DNA of 58,758 nt, filler included, from Thelocarpon superellum (lineage: Eukaryota): assembly GCA_026025795.1 (NCBI GenBank). It is 3 parts of 3 records of this genome, joined end to end, with 100 filler letters (N's around TTAATTAATTAA, not from the genome) between each part and the next. Parts side by side here need not be neighbours in the genome. Positions count along the whole stretch, not along the records: positions 19,838 to 39,268 come from JAPEUG010000344.1; 2 more parts are not named here. The stretch is one strand, 5' to 3'. The notes under the pieces were generated by a model. The model searched no databases. It was not told the origin of the DNA and saw nothing but the letters and a program-made list of their open reading frames with translations. Shown here piece by piece: positions 23,792-36,600 of the stretch (positions within the stretch are counted from its first letter, which is position 1; every line of letters begins with the position of its first letter). The translations under genes and the position numbers were made by a program.

Positions 23792-26700
23792 GTACCTCGA
23801 ACTTGGCCCGGCCACCGGAGCCCACAACAAGTCCCAAGTATTTTGTACCGACCCATTAACCGACATATCTATACTCGTAGCGACCGTACACGGCGTCGAG
23901 AGCAAGGTGGGGCACAGACCACCGTCCCTCGCTGCTGGCCGGCCAGCCAACGCGAGTGCCTCGCGTCCAGCGTATCGGGATCGCCTGGCCCGCATTCTGG
24001 CCAGGTCTTCGCCTTTCGCGCCTCGTCATCGCTCGCCGTGAGATGAGAACGCACGGCCGAGCGTGGTGGGGTGAGCGACTTTTCGTGCGAGGCGCCGGGA
24101 AAACCGCGCCGGTCATTGGTTCTGGCCGTGGCCGATTCTCGCCCATTCGCCATAGGAGGCCTCGATAGGAATGGCCGGTGCGGCGCCCTCTAGAGGGGAA
24201 GAGATTCATCGCCGCCGGCCATGCTACTTTCCCACTCTTCCACGCAGCGCACGAAGGGACATGCTGCTGACCTGTCATCCCCCCTCCAATCCACCCAAAC
24301 GTCGCACGCATCTCGATCATGGAGGGGGACCATCGATCTTTGGGTCCGATCTCCCTAGCGTCGTTTGATGCAGCGACCGACAACACCGTCACCATGGTGC
24401 CACTGGGCCACGGTGCCAATCACGCCAATCGCGGCAGCGGACTATCGTCACCGCTGTGATCAGCGACTGCATGGGTCAGAGCAGCGGTAAGGGAATCCAA
24501 AACAAAGGTGCATTGCATGGCATGGACGTGGTATGTTAGAATACTCGCTAACTGAGGTCAAGGGCGAAGGGCTGGGCTGGGCTGGGCTGAGGGGGAGGGG
24601 CGTGCATCGGCAGCTAGCAGTGTGCAGCTGGCGACGACGTGCGACTAGACGCCCTTGACGAGAATAAAAAATGACTGGGTCGTTGGCGCGTCGCCCGCAG
24701 TTATGTGCATTCCCTCCCCCACTTAGGCAGCTCCACCCACACAAGTTTGTGTTGGTGCCTCCACCGTGTGACGGGCCTTGCAGGGTCCACTTTAGCGTCG
24801 GCCATTCGGAGGCTCGACCACGCTGCTCCGGCAGTTGGACCGTCTGGGACGCCCGTCGTCGGCAGGCCATTGCTCTCCTCGACGGACCAGGACGTGGGCG
24901 TGGACGTGGGTGGGCTGCCATCAACAAGCGTCGCTAGTGCTGTGGGAGCGTCATTCGCCCACCTTTCGGTCCTGCGACGCCGTGCCCGTCCGATCAAAGG
25001 ATAGAGTCTCTGGGGCCTCGGTCTTCTCCCTCGCACTTTTCGCGTCTTGCCTCTCGTTCTGCTCACAGACCAATATTTCGTACGACTAGTACTCACATTA
25101 GGGCTGCTGGCACGCAACCCGCCCATCACAACTAGACAATCGCCGCATGCGCGAGTACCCACGTCGCGCCCCATCCTTTGATTGGATCACTTTTCATCGC
25201 CCTAAGACGTTGCGGGAACTTGGATCGGCTGGCGGAGCCCCATCTTTCGTAACTGCTCCGTCCTAGCGGTCAGACCCTAGTCGACCGACACAAACTTGTC
25301 CAGCTGGTGACGGAGAGACGCCAGCAGCACAGAGAGGGCAGGACAGGGGTTGTGGCTTCGTGCAGCCGACCGCCCCGGCGCTAGGCGCAGCACTTAGGGA
25401 TGGGATTGACTCGGGCAGGCCGCAGGGGTATGTCGCTCCCCGGCACGGCACTCGGACTGCATCTACGGGGAATGACCTAGGTGATCCGATGCGTGGCGGA
25501 TGCCGAAGAGATGGAGAAGGAGGGGTGGCACCGGTACTCGTACCTGGGCAAGTGAGGGTGCCGGAGCAGGGCACAACGAAGAAAAACGATGGAGGGATGG
25601 AAAGCCATCTTTCGTCCAGAAGCATGCATGCGCATGCGCACCCCTACCGTAGCTCGCGTCGTCCTCCCACACTCCGATGCCGCGGCTGCGGCTGCTGCTG
25701 CGGCATGCCCGTTCCAGCGCAGCTCCAGGCTTCCGTCATTGAAGCCCCCGGAACGACGGAACGCTGGACGACGTAACCTGGACCAGCGCCCGACGCCGCG
25801 CCGTTACCAGCGGCGAAGAGCGAGCTACGACGATGGAAACGAGTGATTGAGAGCGCAAACGCGCATTCCTCTCCACGCGCCCCCTCTCAGCCCCCTGTGA
25901 AGAAATGACGGTGAGGCGCCATGGAGCGCAGAGTCTAGTGGTGCGAGAGTCCATCCCGTAAGGCTGCTCTCATCACAGACCGCTCGACCCCCAAACAAAC
26001 TTGCGGTCTGCCTTCTCAGCCGCTCCTCACGTCGCGGGCGCTATGGCTACCTCGCTCCATTATCAAGCGGAGACGAGAGCGGTCTGGCCATGGACACGGC
26101 CATGGCTCCACAGGATCTGAGGACAGGTGGGAGTGGTGGACCTGGCCTGGAGAGGTCGGTCACCAGTAGGGCGACGATTTGCCCCACGCCCATCAACGAT
26201 TCCGTCCGTGGCCGCAGACGCGGTCCACCCTCCGAGACACACCAATCCCTCACCGGCTCGGAGGAGGACATGGCACCGCCCCGCTTCATCCTGTGTCCTG
26301 CCGCGCTACGTCCGCCTCCATGGCATGCTGGAGGCCGGCGTCGATCGTGGTAGAGGACGGTCGCGGTCGCCTGCGCTGAAGCTATCGCGTTCCTGGCCTG
26401 GGATCCGACCAGGGCCGGATCCTGGCAGTTGAGATGAGTCCGGGCGCGAATGACGCAGGACGCCGCACGCCGGAGACAGCGCCGTCAGCAACGGGCTTGC
26501 CGCACGCTCGCCGTAGCGTGCGGACAGGCCTCCTCCTCGTCTTCCACCCTCTTCTCCCTGTCGACGACGGACCCACGCCAGCAGCGACGCGGTCGCCGCG
26601 GCCAGCCGGCAGGCAGCCAGGTAACCACGGCGTTCCGTTGCCCATGGCCTCATCGCCGCCCAAACACAATGACCTCGACCTGCAGGCCGTAAGGTGGGAG

Positions 26701-28729
26701 GGGAAGGCGTGGGGCTCCATCCGCGTCTACCCACCGCGTAGAACACCTAGAAAGGCACGGGTAGCGAGGCCGGCCACGAACAAGCCACTCGCCTGCTCGC
26801 CCGCCCGCCCGCCTGCCCGTTCGCCTACTGACCTGCCCGCCCTCTGAACTGATGCTGGCCTGATTGGTGCGCGGAGCAACGGGCCAAATGGGCGCGCCTT
26901 GCTCTCCTAGCCCAGTCGCTCTCCTAGCCCCGTCCGTGGCGCATCGTCCTGATCAAACCACGCCAGGTGCGGCCGGGGGGGAGAGCCGGGGGGGGGAGCG
27001 TGGGCGGCGAGTCGTTGCGGCGCCAATCTTCCTGCGTGATCCTGGTCCTGCTCGTCTTCCGCGCCGACGCCCTAAGCTCACTTGCCGGCTAGGGCGACCC
27101 GACATGTAAGTCATTTGCCTGAGCGGTGCACGCCTCTGTGGAGACGAGCCAGCTACTCGGTGTCAGTCATGGTCACAGGATGGACGACGCAGAGGCGCGC
27201 CGGGTGAGAAGAGCTGTCCCAGACGCTCACGCTCTTGCTCATGCTACCGCGTAGGTCACCACCGCCGCCGCTGTCTGTCACGCCGCGGTCGACAGTATGG
27301 AGCGAGCGGGTCTTCCACCCCCCTCCCCCCTCCCCAAATGAGTCTTTCGCGCCCCCTCCACTGCGTTTACCCCCCCCCAACCACCCCCCCTGGGCAACGC
27401 CAACGTCTCGCGTAAACGCGATGCGGACCCATCGCCCTTCGCAGTCCTGGGCGCCAACATCTCCTCTCCTGCTTCTCCGTGACCGACCCAAACTCCTGGG
27501 TCGATTGCGGCGAGCACACGCCCTTGGGCAGAGACCATGTCGAGAGCACTAGGTGCACCCTCGGCGGTACTGGTCATCTCGGGCCTCAGTGCCGCCGGCC
27601 GTGTGCACCTCGCGAGCGTCGGAGTGCCGGGCCCCACCCGCACGCTCCGTCGAAATTCGTTTCCTGTCGTTTGCTCGGGCGTGCTGGCTGCACCGCGCCG
27701 TACCTCCGCGCTCTCCCACGCGCCGACCGCCGGCCGTCACGGCTGGATCCAGTGGCTCCAGTGGACGGCCGTGGCCATGGCCATGGCCGTGGCCTTGCGT
27801 GTTCTGCTCCATCAGACCGGACTCCCGATTCCCCATGCCGCTGGACAAAGGACCTCCGTAAGACATGGTGTGTGCGTGGAGGAGCCCGCGTTAGTTCCGC
27901 CCAGCACCGCCTGCGCAGCCCTCGTCGCGGCGTCCAGAGTCTGTTGGCCAGCGCGAGCAGTGAGAAGCTGATTTCGGTGGGTGGCCTGGCGTTGCTTCCC
28001 ACCCACGGCTCCGGGTCCTCTCTCCCGACGCCCTCGTACTGTTCTCATACACGCCCGGTCGTGCTCGCTGCACGGGGCGCACGCACGAGCCGTTCATCCC
28101 AAGCCGGTTTCGTTGGATTGACAGCGAGAGGAAAGAAGCTCTTCTCCTTGCCACTCGGGGCAAGGAACAAGCTTCAGCTGGACGAGGGCGTGGCTCGCAT
28201 CTCTCTCCCCACCCCTCTCTCGTCCCGTCCACACCTCTCACAAATACACGAGCCCGCCACGGGGCGGAACGACCGATCAGACGAATCGATCATCGCCCAG
28301 GTGCTCAGGCGAGGGTCCGCTCAGCTTTCCAGAAGCGCGTGTCATCTTCATAAAGAAGGCGGCCGTGCTGTTTCAGGATCCAAACAAACACCATCCCCCA
28401 GCTCGCGCTGCTGACCAGTCCGGACCTGTCCAGGCACGGGGATCACGCGTCTCCGCTCGACCTCTTGCACACCTGCTCCTGCCCCGCCGTGTCGCACCTC
28501 TGGGCCGTGGACAAAGAGCGCGCAGGACCGGTCGTGCTATTCACTGTTTCGTCTATCACGTAGCGGCCAGACCATCGCACCCCGCAGGTCGTCTCCAGCC
28601 TTGCGCTGTTGTTTCGACGTCTGGACATTCCACATTTGGCAGAGGTCTGACAGGTCTTCGTCGCTCGTCATCGATCGTGGCCGCGTCTCTCGTGGGGTGA
28701 CGCTGCACAACCCAAGCACGACGCCGTCG

Positions 28730-30864
28730 ATGCTGTTCAAAGCTGCGCGGATCCCCTCTCCTGAGCTCGTCCCGTGCGACCGTCCACTTGCTGCTCGTCC
28801 GCTCTCCGCCTCGTCCACGACCCTCGTCGACCCCGCTGCGCATGTCATGATGATCAATCAGCGCCCGCCATCGCCACCGCTGTCCGTCAGCGGCGAGCCA
28901 CTGTACCCCATGCATCCCATCTCTTCCAGCCATCGCCACGGCCACTCGCCCGACGAGGTGTGGTGTGGAGACGCCGGCGGCGGCGACCGTGGTCAGGCTC
29001 AGGTCACTCCTCAATCGTCCTCCGGGCCGGGAGTCGGCTTCCTGGATGGAGCTGGGTCCATTCCCGGCACCGATCGTTTCCGAGCTTATCCAACGCCCTC
29101 GCAGTCGGTACTCAATGCCCGGCGTGAGGTAAATGAGGTAAGTGCCGGTCTCTCCTCCCCGCCCCTCCCCTCCCAAAGCGGAGGCGGTGTCGTGGTCACG
29201 GTGTTGAGCGACGTTGCAGCGAACTGCGCCCTCTGACGGTCGTAACGGCGTCCAGGGCGTCCAGGGCGTCGGCCTCGGCATTCACTTCGTAAGTCTGTTC
29301 CCGCCTCGGTTCCAGGCGGCCGTACTCACGATCAATGGTGGCAGACGGCGAGTCCGATTCCATTGCACCCGCAACTCCCGTCGCTCGGCCACGGCCAGAC
29401 GCCGTCGGCCCACGAACCGCAAGCCGTGAGCCGCACCGACGCCGGACGACGATGTACGCACTAACGGTGACGTAGTACTTTCAGCCCGAACACCATCCGG
29501 AGACCCCTCCCGTCTCGACGGCGTCGGATTTCACGAGCAGCCCGGATCCACGCCGCACCCGCGGCGGACGGGGGATGCGCGAGGTCGCTGTGGCCGATAG
29601 GCCCATGACGACGAGCGTGCGTAAAGCCCGGGTGGCCAAGACGCCCAAGAAGAAGAAGGCGACGGCACGGGCGGCGCGACGTGAGCGACCGAAGTCGCCG
29701 GAGCTGGAGGCACCCTTGAGCGTGCTGACGGCGGCCTACACCAACATCCAGCTGCGCGACATGGGCACGTGGGTTCATCGCAGCGCAGAGCAACGCCGTG
29801 CGGAAGCGGCTCGCAAGGGCAAGGTCAGCCGGCCGATGAACTGCTTCATGCTGTATCGGTCGGCCTACACGGAGCGGACGAAGCAGTGGTGTCTGCAGAA
29901 CAACCATCAGATCGTGTCCAAGGTGAGCGGGAAGAGCTGGCCCAAGGAGACGGCGGACATCCGCGAGAAGTACTACCAGTATGCCAAGATTGAACGCGAG
30001 AACCATCGCAACGCCCATCCGGGATACAAATTCTCGCCCAGCAAGGCTCCGAGCGCGGCCAAGAAACGCAAGGCCCAGTCGGACGAGAGCGATCCGAGCG
30101 ATCTCGAAGACTACGACTATGACTGGGCCGGTGGTCTGTCACCCCAGGCCCGTCATGCCGCTAGCGGAGCGCCGACGTGCGACACGGGGCCCGCCACCGA
30201 GCACTTCTCCCCACCCGACGTGCCGACCTACTGGTACGGCGCGGCGGACCGCCACGGCCGCGCGCTGTACAACGCCAACTCCTCGGGCGTGCCAAGTCCT
30301 GCCATGCAGGCTTGGCAACAAGCGGAAGATACGGCTTATCGGACGATGGACCAGCCCGGCACGGCGCTTGCGCTCGCGCACGTGGACGATGCGCGGCGGC
30401 GGGTGATGCGCGAGCAGGGGATGATCTCCGAGGGCGACGTCGCGCTGACAGGGCTCCCTGGTGGAGCGGTGCACGACTTGTATCACGCGTCTCTCGAGCA
30501 GGACGCGTCGCTGGGCCTCGAAGAGACCATGGTCGACCCTGTTTTGCTCCCCTATGGCCAGGGCGTGACGTGGGGCATGGAAGGCATCACGCTGGGGCCG
30601 GTCGATGTTCACCAGAGCCCACTCGCGCACCCGGTGCCTATGGGGCCCCTGGGAACGCTGGCGGTACCATCCATCTCATCCCCCAGTCTTCCGGGCCTTC
30701 TCGAGGGGGACGAGCAGATTCCCTTTGAGGAATGGCAGGAGCTGGCCCCGGGGTGGGACGTCAGCCTGGAGGTGTTACGCTCGGGGTCGGCGTGGCAAAC
30801 GGACGTGGACCCCGGGTCGGAATTCGATCAGCTGTACGACCTCCGGCATTTTGAGCGCGAGTAG
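28730..30864 (+). CDS. MATA-HMG-box transcription factor (Ste11/FMF-1/PaHMG5-PaHMG8-like group, not the mating-type idiomorph gene); 4 exons
   Basis: Exons 28730-29137, 29220-29288, 29345-29425, 29476-30864 join in frame via GTAAGT/GTGAGC..YAG introns. HMG box KVSRPMNCFMLYRSAY..NNHQIVSKVSGKSWPKE..ERENHRNAHPGYKFSPSK, basic AKKRK, acidic C-terminus. Confidence 0.85.
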
Positions 30865-31556
30865 GCCAGACCGGCGACGTTCTTTGAAAGGTGGAGGGTG
30901 GGGAGAAGAGGTGGAGGTGGAGGTCCTTTCCGGAGGAGGTCCTGAGGGTTCATATCATGGGCGGCACCTTTGATTTGCACGGCGTCCGCTGACGTCTATC
31001 CGGTGTCCTGCGGGAGGGGAAGGTTTGGCGGTCGGTTCTGCTGTACAGGTGAGGCGGAAGGATAGATGAACGGACGGATGCCTCGGGGCAGATCATGGAC
31101 CGGCGGGAGGCTCTGCGGTATCTGGTTGATCGGTGGAGGATAATCGTTGTCGTCGTCAATCGTTCTTTCCGTATCAGTGCGAGTAGTTCATTCGAACCAC
31201 GATGATTTTCCACCGTTGTTCATTCGCCCCCAGAGCGGAATCGTCTCCAAAGCCCACATACGACCAAACGCGAACTTGACCTTGACCTTGACCTTGGATC
31301 CACGTTTCTCCACGCTCGGCTCGGCTAGTCCCGACCAGGCCCGCGTCGTGTGTCGTTCGTCGGACTTGAACGTAGCTCTCCCATCCCGCGCGTCGCATGA
31401 GATCTTACATAAGCGACCGAGCCAGCGACCGCGATTTCGAGATCCACGAGATCCCCACGACCCCTTCAGTGGATGCAGACAGGAGAATCGGCTGAGGTGT
31501 TTCCGTCCGACCATTCTAACACCGAGTTCCGATACTGAGCCAAGGAGAGGGAGGTC

Positions 31557-32431
31557 ATGTACGGCGAGCTGGGACATAAACTAGTGAGTACCATGGCTAC
31601 TGAACTTCCCCCGCCATCGTATGATATGAGCACCATCGCATCGGCCCCTGCCTCCTTTGATAGGATCGCCACGGCCCCGATCTCTCCTCGTATTACACCC
31701 CACTCACCCCCATTGTCACCCACGCAGGTCCAACATGCCAAACGGACACAATCCCTGGCGCACCTGCCACCCTACCAGACGGAGCTTGTGCGGGCCGTGA
31801 CGCGCGAGGTGCGCGACCTGGACAAGGACGTATCCGCCATCCTGGCCCCATACGGCGGGCACTTCGACCCGTCAGCGGAGCCTGCAACAGCGTGCGCGCT
31901 GCTGGTCAACCACCTGTGCATGCGGCGTGACAAGCGCTGCATGCTGGCCTACCACCGCGTGCGCGCGGACAAGCTGGAGGGCATGTGTTGGGATGGGACG
32001 GATGTGCTAGAGCAGGCGCAGCTCGCGCAAGGGGGAACGGATCCGGATCGGGCGGCGGGGGTAGGCACTGACGGGGGGAACACGAGCTCGCTGAGCCCGG
32101 AAGAGGAGGAGTACGTGCGCCAGTATAGCGACCTCCTGGCGGCGTACAAGGGCCAGTGGACGGATATTGATCTGACGGGCTCGCTGGAGCCCCCGCGGGA
32201 CTTGTTCATCGACGTGCGGGTTCTGAAGGACGCGGGGGAGATACAGACGGAGTATGGGTACGTACGACGCGCTCCTTTCGTGCATGACGGACGGAGGGGT
32301 CGAGCTGATGTTTCGCTCGTCTCTTGGTTCGGTGTAGTGCCATCACTCTCAGCAAGAACAGCCAGTTCTACGTTCGTCAGGGCGATGTCGAGCGCTTGAT
32401 CGCTCAGGGCTTTCTTCAGAAACTCAGCTGA
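31557..32431 (+). CDS. PSF1: DNA replication GINS complex subunit Psf1; 3 exons
   Basis: Exons 31557-31583, 31728-32257, 32338-32431. MYGELGHKLVQHAKR, HLCMRRDKRCMLAYHRVR, SLSPEEEEY, DIDLTGSLEPPRDLFIDVRVLKDAGEIQTEYG, FYVRQGDVERLIAQGFL. Confidence 0.96.
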
Positions 32432-33621
32432 GCTTGGAGACCCCGCGCGATTGAACACGTGCTGTCTCTGTTCGACTTGGTGCTCCGATACCGATGGATT
32501 ACGGGAGGCTCTCCGGATGGTCGGCGTTATCTGCATCGGGATTGGCGTGGTCTTTGTACAAAGAATCGTCCTCGAACCCAAATACGAAAGTAGGAGGGGA
32601 CTGCCGGGCGAGAGCACTGCCCAGAGTATTCATGAGATCGCCAATCGCATTTCTTGGCCCCCGTAAGTTTGCCCTCAGTCACACGGGGAGGTGCCCGATA
32701 TTCTCGGCATTAACAAGATGCGCCATAACCCGTCGGAATGAAATCGGAGAAATGGCACCAACCCTGCACATGCCTGACCTGGTATGTGCCACATATCTTG
32801 GCAAAGCACCGTTGCAGTGCCTTCGCACCTCATACCTTCTTCAGTGGTGCTCTCACGTTTGGTCGCAATCTACAACGACATGGTGGCAGAGGGGGATCAG
32901 TGGCTGAAGACGCTCTTCATGCGTGGGTGACGTGCAGGACTAGGCATGCACAATGGCAACGGCCAGCGCCACCATAGCAATCGCTGCCGAAGTGGCGACC
33001 GGGGTCTTCTGCATACTGGGCTTTTGCCGAAAGACTAGCGGTGCCCCTCTATGGTGGTAGTGGGCCGCTGTCCCACGCCATACAGTCCTCGTCCTAGCTC
33101 GCCAACGCCATTAAACGGCGACCTGCCAGGCTCCGGTGCGACAACCGGATCGAAAGATAACGAGTAGCTTGCCCATCAGTAGGAGTAGGAGTACCCAGTG
33201 GCCCTCTGCCGGAGAAGCCCGTCCTATGCCCTTCCCTCTAGCTTCCGAGCTCGAACCGAAGACGGGGAGAACTTGAGCTTGGAAGCTTCTGATTTCTGAC
33301 TTGGATCGGTCGTTTTCACTTTCGCTCCAAGAAGGCTCGGCCCTGATTGGTTCCCGACCTACGTCGCCCGCTCCGTCCCACCGGAAAGTATGCGACCAGC
33401 AGGACGTCGTGAGTCCCAGACGGAACCTCGTAGCTGGCACATGCATGGCGTGCTCCGCTCTAGGAATGACGGCCATCGTGTCCTGATTCTGCCGCCGCAG
33501 AGGTCGTTGATCGTAGATCTTGGCCGCTGCCAATTGATCGTCTAATGTTCCCAACCCGCCTCGCGCCGCCTCCATACCCTCACCTCCGCCTGCGGAGCTC
33601 GCGGCAGCAGCGTGGAGCGGG

Positions 33622-36600
33622 ATGTCGAGAGCGTCGCGGTCCCACCGATCACCGTCGCGGTCGGCGCCCCGCCTCTCCGGCCCCACCTCCGACCCCGGAG
33701 ATGGCGTGGTGGAGGGCGTCCCGGCACATGACACAATTGCTCCCGTCGGTGATCGGCCGTACGGCGGGCACCGCTTGAGCGTGAGCTCGACCCTGTCGGC
33801 CTCGTCCAACCAGCGGAAACCGACTCGATCTTTCTACCATCGCTCCAACCGCCCAGCAAGTGGTATGTGTCCCGTTGGCGACGTATGGGTGCATGGCTGA
33901 CACCGCGGAGCCCACACCGACCCGCCACAAGATTCACCGCAGCGGGTGCGGGAACAGACGGCTGAATTGGCCTCGTATGCCTTGTCTGAAGCCGGCTCCT
34001 CTTTCCGCAGTGACGCCCCTCTTCCTCCTCGTCTCCAGGTGCTGGCAGACACAGCCAGCATCGACTCTGCTCTGAGTCGCGGTTCCGAGAACGAGGAGAA
34101 CATCACATATGGACCAAGTCCGCTGCCCCCGACCGGTGTGATTGAGGAAGTGTCGGAACCTGTCAGTCCAGCCAAGTCGGACTCGCCCATTCCACCCCCC
34201 GAGCCATCGTATCTGTCCGAGTTGTTGAATTCTCAATCTCAATCTCCGCCTCACGATGCACGGGATGATGGTGGACCCGGGAAGTATCGCCGGAGGAATC
34301 ATTACGCCGCGTCGTCGATGACCAGCGAGGGGGATGAGGCGGACGAAGCAACCTCCTTGTTGCCCAAGAACCAGGACACCGATCCCCGCCCCGACTCGAT
34401 CGTGCAGGATGTGGAGGCCCAGCGGACGGGGCTCAGGACCCCGTGGACAACAGCCTACCGAATCGTGCTATGGCCAGAGAAGAAGCTGATCGGCGCCGCT
34501 CGTGTCATGGCCAACCCGAAAGCCTGGGATATGAAGATGATTTTCCGAAAAGGGGTCGTGCAGCCCGTGCATTACATCCCGGCGGTCATTCTTGGCATTC
34601 TCCTCAATATCCTCGACGCCTTGTCGTACGGTCAGTAGACATGATCCACTCGTGGACCCGGCCGACGACCCGCTAACCAATCTGTAGGCATGATCTTGTT
34701 TCCGCTGGGTCAGCCCATCTTTGCGAGTCTGGGACCCGATGGGATCTCCATGTTTTACGTCAGTTGTGTCATCTCGCAGCTGGTGTACTCGTGGGGCGGG
34801 AGTGTTTTCAAAGGAGGAATCGGGTCGGAAATGGTAGGCATCGCTGAGCTTCTGGCTCACAACCGAGCTGACCCGTTCCAGATCGAAGTCGTCCCGTTCT
34901 TTCACAAGATGGCCTTTACCATCCTCGCGCAAGTGGGCGAGGAGAATCCCAAGGCGGTGGTGGCGACGACCATCCTATCCTACGCGATCAGCTCCGTCCT
35001 CACCGGTGTGGTCTTCTTTGCCATGGGCGCCTGCAAGATTGGGGCGCTGATTGGCTTCTTTCCCCGTCATATCCTGATCGGCTGTATCGGTGGGGTGGGC
35101 TGGTTCTTGGTGGCCACGGGGCTCGAAGTGTCGGCCAGGCTCGACGGCAACCTGGTCTACGATCTTCCTACCCTGCGAAAACTCTTTCAGCTGGACACGG
35201 TGTTCCTCTGGCTGACCCCTTTGATCTTGGCGCTCTGTCTGCTGTTGCTTCAGCATTTCATCAAGAACCCGTTGCTGGTCCCCTGCTACTTTCTCGTCAT
35301 TCCCGCCGTCTTCTACTTTCTCGTTGCCGCCGTGCCAGCACTCCAACTTCCCGCCTTGCGTGACCAAGGATGGGTCTTTGGGATGCCCGTGGCCGGTGAA
35401 CCATTCTATCATTTCTACACGTTATATGGTAGGTGGAGGAGGCCCTCTTCATGGACTCACTGACCTCTCCTAGATTTGAGCGTCGTCGATTGGAGCGCGC
35501 TGGCGAAGACGATTCCCGCCATGTTTGCCCTGACCTTCTTTGGCGTCCTTCATGTGCCGATCAATGTGCCGGCGTTGGGGTTCTCGACGGGGGAGGACAA
35601 TGTTGATGTGGATCGGGAGTTGATTGCGCATGGGATCTCGAATGCACTCTCGGGTTTTGCGGGGAGTATCCAGGTATGTCTCCTCAGCGCATGTCTGGCT
35701 GGGTAGGATGAGTGACTCGACGACTGCAGAATTACTTGGTGTACACCAACAGCCTGTTGTTCATCCGCAGCGGAGGCGATAGCCGAGTGGCGGGGACTAT
35801 GCTCGCCTTTGGTACCTTTGGCGTGATGCTGATCGGGCCGTCGTTGATTGGTTATATTCCCATCATGGTCGTGGGCGCCCTGATCTTTCTCCTGGGGATT
35901 GATCTCCTGAGGGAGGCGTTATACGAGACGTGGGGGAGGGTTCATCGACTGGAGTATCTGACGGTGAGTGGCCTGTGATGGCGTTTGAGTCTGGCTAACG
36001 AGGTAGATCCTTGCGATTGTCGTCACCATGGGCGCCTGGGACTTTGTCATTGGTATCTTCGTGGGCATCGTCCTGGCCTGCGTGAATTTTGTGGTGCAGA
36101 CGTCGAGGGTATCAGCGATCCGGGCGACGTACAGCGGAGAGGTGGCGGGATCGACGGTCCGACGACATGCAGTGCAACGGCAGTTCCTCCGCCAAGTGGG
36201 CCAACAAACGCACGTCACGAAACTGGCGGGATTCCTCTTCTTCGGGACGATTGTCAGCGTGGAAAACCGGCTACGTGGATTGCTGGACGACAAGGCTTTT
36301 GACAAACGACCGATCCGCTTCTTGGTCTTGGATCTCCAACACGTCGTCGGCATCGACTTTTCCGCCGCCGAGGCTTTCACTCGGATCAGCCGGGTATTGG
36401 CCAAAAAGAGCGTGACCATGGTGGTGTGTGGAGTCGGTTTGGAAGGCGACATCGGAAAGAGTCTCCGGAGCGTGGGATTCCTGGACGAGGAGAATGGCGT
36501 GCATGTCTTTGTCGACCTCAACTCGGCCTTGGAGTACTGCGAGAATCAGCTGCTCCGCGCATTCTACCTCCGCAGCGAAGCGCTGGGACATCGCAGCGCA

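Noticed and set aside
27479..28414. 311-aa ORF and neighbouring Arg/Pro/Ala-rich ORFs in the long intergenic region
   Set aside because: Non-ATG start, composition typical of translated GC-rich non-coding DNA, and no motifs or supporting splice structure.
29575..30864. HMG gene as mating-type MAT1-2-1 / MAT locus
   Set aside because: The HMG box has no intron, the motif is RPMNCFMLYRSAY..NNHQIVS rather than the MAT1-2-1 PRPPNAFILYR type, and neither APN2 nor SLA2 flanks it.
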